From Ramazzottius varieornatus (Eukaryota; Animalia; Tardigrada), in contig BDGG01000002.1 of the NCBI GenBank assembly GCA_001949185.1, positions 8,112,448 through 8,176,447 of the forward strand: DNA of 64,000 nucleotides. Reading direction: 5' to 3'. Both the position numbers and the translations under genes were made by a program. The notes beneath the pieces are model-generated. The model did no database searches and was not told where the DNA came from. It saw only the letters and a program-made list of their open reading frames with translations. Below, piece after piece: positions 26,018 through 37,129 of the stretch (position 1 is its first letter; every line of letters starts with the position of its first letter).

Positions 26018-26689
26018 TCCGTGAAAACTGAATGGATTGTTTCCCTTCTAGCTCATTTGTAATTCTAAATCAGAGGACTATATGTTCTACCAAGAAGAAA
26101 TTCTAATTTATATATACTGTTATATCTTGGTTTTTATCCAAACCAGTTCTAAATAACCATAACATCAATCATAACCTAAAATCGAATGTAGATAGTACAA
26201 AATACGGAGGAGTGGGTGACAGAAGCCGAATCTTCGAGTTTGCTCACCGTTAACTTTTTCCAAATTTTTGCGTGATTTTAGTTTTGTGAGGGTTGTAGCC
26301 GGGCCATGGTCATCACCAAGCAATCTCCAGACTCAGATACATGTATCTGTTGTACATTTCAAGACCGCCATTGAATTTCCGTATTTCATTCGATCGTCAT
26401 TCAGTCTCCATCATGAGAAGGGTGATGCCATAGGCACCACTATCACAACCCGTCAAGCTGCAGAGACCCCGATTTAATTCGCTAATTCGAAAACCCTTTT
26501 AATGCGGTATTACTATGGACCCCTGATTTCAAAATCACTTTCCTGTTCTTATCAAACCGCAACTACGTGTACCTGAGATTAAGTCTAACAATGTCACAGA
26601 AAATCTTTATTTAGTCTGCTTCATATCACTGGCGAACTTCCTGATCGGGGTATCAATAGCTGTGTGTCGGATTCGGGGTTTCCTAATTT

Positions 26690-26896
26690 CTTTAAAGTAC
26701 CGATGTAGTCGGACAGGATTGGGTCCGGATGCGTGTAAAAAGACTGGCCAGAACTAGCAGAATCTGCTGTTAAATGTGATGTCATATCGATCAGCTGATC
26801 AGTACACACGTTCACCAAATATTTCACCCACTATCCGGACAATCTGTTTGCACGCACCCGCCGCCAATTCTGTCCGACTACATCGGTACTATAAAG
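26690..26896. mobile_element. MITE (207 bp) related to the 6540-7215 element
   Basis: Left CTTTAAAGTACCGATGTAGTCGGACAGGATTGG versus right-end reverse complement CTTTATAGTACCGATGTAGTCGGACAGAATTGG. TA follows the right end. Confidence 0.78.
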
Positions 26897-26903
26897 TATT
26901 GTA

Positions 26904-27099
26904 CACGCACGATGGGTAATTATGGGACAGTAAAATTATGGGGCAGGCGGAAAGGACGACAAAATGGAAATTCAACCGTAGAAAAGTGTTGAAAAGTCCA
27001 TTAGTGTGAATCGGTCGTGTACGTACCTGCTTCCGTACCGCGGTGGGGAAAAGGCCTGTCCCATAATTTTCACTGTCCCATAATTACGCATCGTGCGTT
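26904..27099. mobile_element. Tc1/mariner-type MITE (196 bp, TA TSD)
   Basis: Left ACGCACGATGGGTAATTATGGGACAGTAAAATTATGGGGCAGGC versus right-end reverse complement ACGCACGATGCGTAATTATGGGACAGTGAAAATTATGGGACAGGC. TA at 26902-26903 and 27100-27101. Confidence 0.8.
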
Positions 27100-29650
27100 T
27101 ATTAACAGGGGTGTCTGCAGCAAATCAGAAGTAAAACAGGGCTTCGATAGGGGTGTCTGTAGCCAAACAGGGATTTGCTTATGGCTATTTCCTCATGAAA
27201 ATATTGATAGAGTAGACAGGTTGATACGAAATCTAAGCGGCGCAAGAAATCCAATTAGCGCAGAGGCCTAGCTCCACCTAAGTCCTGCGCTGATCATGCG
27301 AAGTTGAGACTCGTTACGCAAAGCAGGTGATTTGCGTAACTTCTCCGGAAATTTCTGCAAAACCTCCCTTCTTTCTCGCGGACCAGTTTGAAACAAGATA
27401 TCGAATCGTTCTGAATCTTCATTCTGACTGAGTAATGGAAACAGAAGGTTTGACTTTCAACGACTGAAAGCTGAGTCCTATCAGAAACCGCGTATTATTT
27501 TGTTAAGCATAGTCACAGTTAACAAAGCGGTGGAAGCTACAGTTGGAGGCAGAGAGCTTATTCCGATAAAATCACAGTTGAGCTGCAGTTTATGGAAGAT
27601 TCAAAAGCAGCAGTTACATCGAGAATATCCTTTGTTTCTTAAGTTACGAAAGTCACAAATAAGCATACAGTTATCGCTACAGTTTGATCGAGAACCCATA
27701 TTCCACGCCATACATCAGAAGACGCGGTTAGAACTACAGCTGGTGCCTTGTAGAAATATCCTAGGATGAAATGAACGATCTGGAGAAAAACTTTTGGACA
27801 GTTCCTGGCATCTTTGCTTCCATTTCGCGACCCCTTTGAAGGTTGCCTCTTTCTAAGTTGGTTTCTGGGGAAAAATTTCTGAAGTGAAAAATAGGGAAGA
27901 AATTCTCGATACTGCAGTACTTTTGTATTCGCTCAAAACTTCGGCACACTCATGTGACTGGCCCATAAACTAAGCCCCGGGTGATCGTGGAATTTTTTTA
28001 CCTGTCCTGTGACAGCGCTGTACGCACTATACCGGCTGCACGGCCTTGCTGTGGATAGCCAGCGTTTGTGACGTCGCTAACATGAGCCTAGCGGATGAGT
28101 CATCAATGACTTACCACAACAACAAAGCAGCGTTAACCGTAGCGCTCACCATCGCCGAAGCAAAATCTATGTGTTGTGTGACTGTGCGGTACATATTAAG
28201 ATGTATGACCTGCGCAATCCACACTTATACATGGTGCACCGCGCATGCTTTGCTTGTAGTGCGCGCGCTGAGCTCCGCCCCCCATTTCAGAAGGTACTCC
28301 AAAGTATCCGTATAGCTATACACAGCGCTGAACTTTCCAGAGAATACAGTTCAGTTCTTCTTTACCAATCTTTGTTGGTAGAGAGCTGCAGTGCCGAAGT
28401 ACGATACTTTGTCGGTCTGCACCAACGTGTTATCTGAAAACTTAAGGATTCGCATTCGAAAATCGTGTCTTCAGCCCAAAAAAGCCCCGCGCTCTTCCTT
28501 GTTTTCGCGTGATCTCTTTATCCATTTGCGCATGTGAGACAGCATGAAAAATAAGTACACATTCAAAAAACAATGAGGTTGACTTTTCTGAGGTTGTTAA
28601 TTTCTGAGCAAAGTTCCTGGAGTGAAAAAATAGGTAAGGAATTCTAGATACTGCAGTACTACTTTCTGTTCTACTTTTCTAATCTTTCTGATCTCTTTCT
28701 TTCTGAATCTTTCTGAAATGATATGCCGTTAGGGTCAACAATGAAAATGAATAATCTGTGCATGTAGTCCCAGCTTCAAAAAAGATGGAAACCGATATAT
28801 AGCGGGCTACCTAGAAAGAAATATAGAATTTTCATGTCAAAATTTTGACCGGTCCGCCCAAACATAAAGCCGCGCATGTCATAGCCGAAGCATGTTTAAA
28901 CTGAATTCCCAAAAGGCCGAAGTGAGGTTCACAGAAGAAAGCCAAAATATACAGTTTCTGTGGTTGGTAAGTTAGTTTTGAATTCGCCCCTAGAACTAAG
29001 AACTGCTAACTGCAAAGAGCTTCCCGCTGTTGTTCATGCTCGAACAGAACTGCGAAAGTGGGAGAAGGGAAATTCAATTACGTCCTGGTTTGGCATGTAA
29101 GCAGAATGAGGCAATCTCGCAAGTGCGAGCCACAGCTATGAAAACTGAAATTTTGCTATCTGTTACGAGAGGCAAATTCTTTGTTAGTGGCCACCACGCT
29201 TACTCTACCCTACCATGCAGAAACTGCGTTCCTATGCTAAGCAACACTGACCAGTGACAGAAAGCTACAAAACTTTATAACTCATAAAAATAGGAATAAC
29301 ATTCGGACCAGGTCAAAAGCAGGAAATAATGTCGATAGGTACGTCTGCAGCTCACGGTCCATCAGCACAAACAATTTGAAGGATTTTCGACTAGCGGTTT
29401 CTGAGAACGCTAACCAAAAAGATTCTAGGACTTAACATTAGTTATAATTTAGATTAACAGTGCTCTCAGAGCCGACAGCATCCCAGTCTACAACGGAATA
29501 TCTCTTGTGTTTTTCTTGATTCAAGGCAACCTGCGAGCGAGCCGAAGGCGAAGCAACTGTGCTATTGCTGGAAATCGGTGTCGTGGAAATCGGACGTGAA
29601 AGAAAGAAAATATCCAAAATTTAAGTCTATCATCCATAAAGCGCATTGGG

Positions 29651-30001
29651 AAGTGGGCGGTGGCACCCATATGCGGAAATTTCGTAGGGAAATTTTTCGG
29701 GAAGTCTCTTTTACTGCTGTTTATTCAATGATGTTTGGGCTATCTTTTGGCCGTTTAGGTTTCCTCATAAGGCTGTCACGTAACGGGAGATAGGCTGTCG
29801 AAAATGATAGTATTTCGTTGCTCCAACCAGCCAAGCGTAGCGGTTGGTTGATCGAGCAGACGATCCACACGTCACCTGATCAGAAAGTTCAAGGTGTATA
29901 CTAAGTATCATCGGTCAAGTCAGTGAAGTCGGTCAATAGGATCACAAGATACATGCAGCCAAAGGAAGAACATGAGGGTGGCGATGACCAATGAGCGTGA
30001 C
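29651..30001. repeat. Long inverted repeat, right arm (351 bp)
   Basis: Reverse complement of 25667-26017. Confidence 0.92.
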
Positions 30002-32134
30002 GGTATATGCTACACCCCGCAGCCCTCGTCGAGCGTTATTTGAAAAAGTCAACAGCGAAAGCTGCAGTTATTTCAACGTTATTTGTATCATTGTATGTTT
30101 GCATAACTGCGCTATCCTGGTGGAACATATAACCGCGATTTCGCGGATCATCTGCGTCAGACGCTGGAATAAATCTGTGCGATACCACCGTCCGGCAGAG
30201 ATACTGCCTCTCTCTCTCCCTCTCATTGAAACACCTGAATATTCCCGCTGACCCTGCATGTACACTGGATATCCCGTGTACAGGTGCACCTAATCGCAAC
30301 CAGTGGACGCAGCGAAACGATTTCGTTGAGATGAGGCGTCCGCCGTGAGCCGGCAGGCGACAATCTTGTTTCAATTGATCCTAACCGTGTGACGCCAGCT
30401 CATCTTCATTAGTGTCATTCAAGAATGGTAATGCAATCCCTTCAACAGCAAGCTGCCGGTGAAGTGCCCTCGCACAGCCTTCGCTGTCAGTTCAGATACA
30501 ATCCAACTATAGCGCGACAACACAAATACTTCGGAATCTAACTCACTGTATTTATACTCTGTGATTATGGTGTAGCATCCAAATTTGCTGATTCCCAAAA
30601 TGTTAGTTTCGGTCGTGGGATTCACACGTAGCAGATCTTCGAAGTCACCATCCGTGTCACCTGAGCAAGAGTAGCGGGCTCGTTTCGTTTGATCGCAGCC
30701 AGGCTGCAAGCCACGAGTACAACGCTTAAAATATAGTGACGAACCATGGTAATGCGCGGTTACCAATGCGAGGAACCATGTTCGTTCGGACAAGTTAATA
30801 ACTACGATAATAAGGTGAACAGTGTGCTCACAAAACACTCAAGAATCACAGTCAATTCGTTTTCCTGGAAACAAAACGTGCATTTTTATAGGCCACGAGA
30901 TTGTAAAAGGGGTGAAGTAACTCCGGTGCAATCATAAAGACAGCAAAAGCCTAAGATTTAAGGTAAGCTTAGAATTGAGTCTCATGTTTATCAGTCCACC
31001 TTATACATCCATTCGAAAATCCTAAATTGTATCGGAGTGACCAGATTTTGATATTTCAAACGTTTTTGTAAAGATTGGTATTTCATATTCCCAACAACAT
31101 AATAATCGGGCGATACAATTACCTAATCAACTGGCAGTAATCAGTCTTGCAGATCTCCCAAACAACCTCTTTTTCGGCCGCGTGCTGCGGAAGCCAGCCA
31201 TCCCCTATCAGAACACACTTATCATCGTAACGTAATGGAATTTATATGAAAGCGAGTAAACTGTACTATTTAAACGTAACTTGGTAGCAAGGATGTTGAA
31301 GACAAGGGTTTAGGAATATTCACCACCAAAACTGACGAGAATACTTCCTGGTTAACATCATAACACAGCTTTTACTGCATACCTGCAAAAGTTTCTTCCG
31401 CTGACTAGTTCGAAAGCCCAATGTTAACCCTACACTACGTTCATAAACTCGTCTTGCTAGCGAATGGCTGGCTTTCGCAGCACGGAACCGAAAACATGGT
31501 TGGTTTGGGCGTCTGCAAGGCTGACAATTGTCGGTTGATTTTTTGATTAGATCGCACAAAAGTTACGTGGTCATAAAGATAAGACATCGATCTCTACGCG
31601 GACGTTCAAGATACTGAGCTCTGCATACTGCGAAACAAATCATGAAATGTTGAATAAAACCGGGGGTGGACCGTCGAATATGAGGCTCCGTGTACATGGT
31701 GGGAGGCGATTGTACCGCAACGTCTACGCCGGTTTGCGAGGTGTCCGATCTCGACTTTTGTACCCATTTGGGTCCTGGTTATGTTACTGTCATCGTTTGG
31801 TTTCTGTCTAGACCTGTTCAAAACAACAGTGAACTCAAAACTGCAAACCCGAAACTCCACAGTAAGGGCGGACTGCGGGTTCTTTGCTGACGTAGCCCGA
31901 TTGTTAGATTTCCCTTCCTTTAACTTTTTATGAAGTTTCTCATGATTTGTTCGTTTTGTGAAAGTCATGGATGGAGCAAGATCATAACCACGCAACTTCC
32001 AGACTTGAATATACGCATCTATCGCACATTTCCTTGAGATTCGTGGGCCTACTGGGCTTAGAATGCATAACAATAATCTCAAACCAGAGACGGGGTCGCT
32101 TTTTCAATTTTCCGTTTACTAAAACGGTCGGCCT

Positions 32135-32911
32135 TTGAGTGGATTTGACCAAGCCTTGGCCATATAAATTGGTCAAACTTTTGGCCAATATTGTCGACGA
32201 AAAATTGGCCAGTCGTCAATAGAACTTTGCATCTAAAGTAGAGCCAACACCAGGCTTTCGAACGAGCCCATGGGAAATCTTTCGAAGCTCTGCAAATAAA
32301 AATTCATTAAAACGCCAACCAGGAAGTTTTGTTGGTTACTTTTGGTGGTGGATATCCCAGACGCCTTTTCTTCGGTATCCTTGCTGCCAAGTTACTTTCA
32401 AATGGCAGCCAGTTTCATGGATGTAACCAAGCTTTGTTGTGTGAGTCGTTCGGTCAGCCAAAACGGAAGACATCAGAAGCCAAGCAGAACGCACCGTGTT
32501 TCATGCGGCAAAGAACTCATTTCCGGATGTTGACAAAACGTTTTTCACAGAGCTTTGATGAATTATCACATGGGCTTGTTGGAAAGCTCGATGTTGACTC
32601 TACGTTACGACCATAATGCCGTTCTGTCAGCTGCTGTCTGGCTTTCAAAGCCTGGCCCCGAAAACAAGAGTATCTTCGGGTTCGTAGGGATGACTACGGC
32701 CAGTTGATTTGTTGATCAAGCCTCTCGAAAGCCACGTGATCGTTAATGTGAATGCATTTGTTTTCCAGCGCGGAAAGCAATCGTCTTCCAGGTGAAAAAC
32801 AGTATTTCGCAGTCTATTTCGACTGATAGTCGAGCTAACATGGAAAATTTAGACCAAGAGTGAAGCCAGTAGGCCAATTGGTTCGACCAAAGCTTGGTCT
32901 GATCCACTCTG
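32135..32911. mobile_element. Degenerate TIR element, possibly hAT-derived
   Basis: Left GAGTGGATTTGACCAAGCCTTGG versus right-end reverse complement CAGAGTGGATCAGACCAAGCTTTGG. Internal WW.../LAAKLLS weakly resembles the hAT dimerisation region. No TSD found. Confidence 0.35.
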
Positions 32912-33809
32912 TACCCAGTAGTACGGACATGGCACTCATTAGAATTGATACGTCATATTAACAGTTTGGATTGCTCGAATTCGGCGGAACCTTTTCGGAG
33001 TTCTGTTCTAGTGTATCTACTAGCGGCAAACTAGGCGAAATCTTCTTTGGACGGACGCACATAGTGATGCGACGCGCATATCTGCGGCCGGCGTATTAGC
33101 AACAGCCAGTTTGTCCGTTGAAGCCAGCTTTTCCCGAGAAACAAGGTAACAGTCACTTCCACTGTTGTGGTTCACGATTTAGGGGCTTGCAGCTTCAACT
33201 GGCTCAGCAAGCGATGAGAAGCATTTTTTCAATATAACCCTCAGTCATCGATCGCATCCGACAAATTCCGCTACAGCTCCGCCGTCTTGCGGCCTGAATG
33301 TTTCACGTTCGTACTTTCTTGGATAGCCTCTGTCGATGTTCCATCCTGTACGTCAGGATAAGATTATCCTGATGCTGAGAGCATTCACTACGTAACATCT
33401 TGCTGCCGCCGCCGCCGCCCGTAAGCTTAGTACTGTATACTCTCCCGAAATTCACGTACGTCACTCCATTCAGAGTGTAAAACTAGAGAAAGAGTTCTCA
33501 TACGGTGACCATAACAGTGACGTACGTGAATTTCAGGAGAGCATACAGTACTAGGTGCTGGTGCAGTTGTCTGCCTCTGGTCCCCCCAAACGAGCATCTC
33601 GTCGTTTTTCAAACATTTTATGACCAGTGCGACTGATATCAGCTTTTGCTTTCTCCAAAATCGGTGGGCCGGCGCGTGCTGTATCCGAATATTATTTCCC
33701 ACCGAGAAACGAGAAAGTTCTATACGGAGAACGCTCGGAAACTCAGCCCAATTCTTAAGACACTGAGGAAAGCCGAGCTGTGTGAATGTTTGTGAATCGA
33801 TAAACGGGA

Positions 33810-35666
33810 ATGTTCGGAGAGCATGGCCAGGTGATTGCAGTTGTTAGTTACGTGCTGAATGCAGTATCTATCGTTTGCCTCTTGGTTAGTCTCCTTACTA
33901 ATACCTGGCTGACCACGCAAGAGCGGATTCCCGAGCTGCAATCGGATGTCGTCTCTCCTGTGTTGACCACCGGTGGCATCAAGATGCGCCTTAATATCAC
34001 CTACACTCTGCGTTATACTCAATCGGGCATGTGGAGTTTTTGCCAACGAAATCGTAAGTTTTTCGTAATTGCGATTTATGGAGTTCATCAGGACAATATC
34101 AGCAAATCTTCCTTAACTATTATTAAACTTGGGTGTTTTATTTTCAATACAAAGCAGTTTTGGGCGCAGTACTGTGATCAGTAGGGAAACCTGGATTTGC
34201 CGACGGGGAGTAGTTCCTCACACTGAAGTTATTGACACTCCACGCGTGCTTACGCTCTCATTAACCTTTGTTCGTGTTGATACTCGTGAGCATCAAACGA
34301 CGTAGCTAGCGATCCTCCGTGTGTTGTGAAATAATGTTTTGTCTGCATATTACAGCTCATCAAGCGGAAGTTGACTGCTATTGGATTGAGCATCAGATTC
34401 CTGATCACAACAACATGGTTGATCCTCGTAATGCAACCACCTGCATTTTATGTAAGGCTTTCTTGGACTAATTGAACTTCAGTAGCCATACAATTACGAA
34501 ATCTTCAGCCTGTTGAGTGCTGTACACTCATCGCAGCTTTAGACACCATGTCGTCCTTCTCCTGTAGAATACGAATATTGCCACCAATTACAGTCGTTTT
34601 GAATTCACTGTGATAATTTGACAGATGTTCCGGCGTCGACGACGTCACTCTAATGGGAAAAATTTTGTTTTTAACCACAGATGCGACAATGGTCTCACTT
34701 CCTTCGATAATATCAGCAACCTCAATCACATTAATGGGCCTGCTGACCAACTTCCTCATGCGATTTCGGAAGCTATACATCTTCATCAGCGGAATCATTT
34801 ACATTCTGGCTGGGATTTGTACGTTCACTTGCCTTGTCATCTTTATCACCTACGTGATCCAAGAACTCGAGCACAAAAGTCAAGAGAAAGGCGAAGACGG
34901 CGACCCCATCTTCACATACCGTTACGGTTATTCCCTTCTGTTCGCAATGATCTCCTTTTGTTGTCAAGAGCTGGGCGGCATTGCCCTCATATATCTTTCC
35001 ATCGCTCGTTTCACGTCTCATTGGACGGAAAAGGACCGTCGGTTGGCTTTACAACATTGTCAACTGCAACCTTCTTCATGGTGCTCATCAGCTCAATTTA
35101 CGTCTTTTCAACCACTGCAGTCGCCCAACGACCGGTGTATACATTCCAGTGACGTTCGTCGTTATCATTCAACATCCGAACTGGATCCCCAGGCTTTTCC
35201 CTGCCAGAACAATACTTATCCACCAACACAATCGCATTTCACTTACAACAACCAGCGTTTGCCGTCCTGGTATCCTCCGCTGGCACAGCATCCGCTGAAG
35301 ACCGCAGCTCACAGCAGTCGCTCTGCCGAGAACAGCCCGCAAGCACGTCACCGTCACCCTTGCAGCAACCATACGAACAACCATTGCAACGACGTGAGGT
35401 CTTCCATGGCCAACCATATGAACCACGTTCGGCCCGACGACGATCGATACCGAGCAGCTGTGCCTCTGCCGCATGCAGCATCCAAGCAATTGGCCTTCTT
35501 TTACACCACTGCCCACCGAGTAAATTCCCTGCAAGGCGCAAATCCTCTCACTTCTAAAAGTGCAAGCTCCAATCGCTCGGCAAAAGACAATCATCCTCCT
35601 GGCGGGAATGCCGTTTTCCGCCTTTCCCAACAGCGCCATGAAAACTGGAAAATGACACCGGTCTGA
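33810..35666 (+). CDS. Stargazin/TARP-like protein (CACNG, PMP22-claudin family), ~441 aa
   Basis: Exons 33810-34053, 34356-34451, 34681-35666 (1326 nt). TM1...TNTWL, YTQSGMWSFC (cf. HSGLWRTC), GIIYILAGIC...IFI, YRYGYSLLFAMISFCCQELGGI (cf. YSYGWSF...SF..AE..GV). The C-terminal -KMTPV resembles the TARP -RTTPV PDZ ligand. Confidence 0.88.
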
Positions 35667-37129
35667 GAACTAGTAGCACTTCACCTCATTTGCAATCTAG
35701 CATAAGCCATCTCAGGACGTTCTTTTCAGTCTTTGCTTTGGTTTTGTAGTTGTACGATATCGGCAAAGCTCTCCTACCGGTGAACACGTAGCATCAGCTA
35801 CCATGGATCAACAGCAGCTGTCACGTGACCACTTGTAAGGAGGCATTGCCGGTATTGTAGGACAGATGGGTGGATTGATGCTTCGAGATGCGGACACAGC
35901 ACAGCAGTTGAAAGTGGTTACCGAAAAAGCACCAATGGCTGCCACGAAAACAATCCAAGCTCAATGATTAAAGCAGTTCACTGCCTTCGCTCTCTGTATA
36001 GTTTTTCTTCTGTGGATCGAGTACACCAGTATGATTTTCCGACGCCCTATAACGGCCCGGCGCTTTCGCAGTAAAATTGAAATAGAGGAAGCGGAAATTA
36101 TGCATTTTGATATGCTCAGCGACCCACAGAACGAGCACTGAGATCGATAAAAGCGGCTAGTAATCCGGACAGAGTGGAGCATTACTGCACAATTGCATGC
36201 AAACGCAACTCCAGATCCTGTTTAATGAATTGCCCAACCAGGACGATCCGCCCATACTTGGTGCCGTCAGACTCCTTGGGGATCTCCCTCCGATGCTCAT
36301 GCAGGCTTTTAAAGCACAACGTATGTTCCATACTTACTCTCTACTCGATCCAATTTGCCTCAGCCATGCAGTTCTAAACACCTCAAAAGCTGTTTCTTAT
36401 TCCACTTGCTGGAACATTGCTCAGTGACAAAATTAATCAAATTAGAAGTGTTGTCGGTTGCACTCATCCATTTGATGGTTACCATCCCTGCGCACAAGTG
36501 TGTATTTGCTCACAATTATCTCTCGAGATCGAGTTAGACCTTGAAGACCTCGCTGGTATCACTTCGCAACCCGAACATGTTGAATCGCGTATCAAAGGTC
36601 GAACTTCATTATTTTAGCAACCGCCGAACATCGACAAAATCACTAAGAAACGGACATAGAGTTGTACTTGGTAAAAAGAGGGACATAACCTCAGGCAGCA
36701 TTGCATCTTACAGGCGTCGACACGGCATTCTAGAACAATTTACGACACGAAGGAGAAAAATTCGGCAGTGTAGGCTCCAACGGCATCATTACCACAAGAT
36801 AATACAACGAGCTCAAAATTAAAACAGTAAAAATACTAGTGTCACACATGTCAGCCGGTGTACTCAGGCCAATCTTTCTCCTCTTCGGCTGGAATCTCAA
36901 AGCATCGTCAGTATATAGTCGTTGAAGATCTCATGCGGAGGAAAGTGATTGCGAAAAATAGACTCTGAGAGGAATACAGTGTTACATTTTTAGGTAAGAT
37001 CATGGTCGGTCAGCCTGAGAACATTGACGAAAGATGGCTTCCTGGTGTGTAAGACTCTGTATTGCGGAAGCACCTTGTATATATTCTGTAAGGGCTATTA
37101 TAGTCTGAGGGGGAAGATGATGGATATGT

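Noticed and set aside
28013-28330. Possible hAT-like MITE with CAGCGCTGT ends
   Set aside because: The inverted match is short and partly palindromic, and no 8-bp TSD is found.
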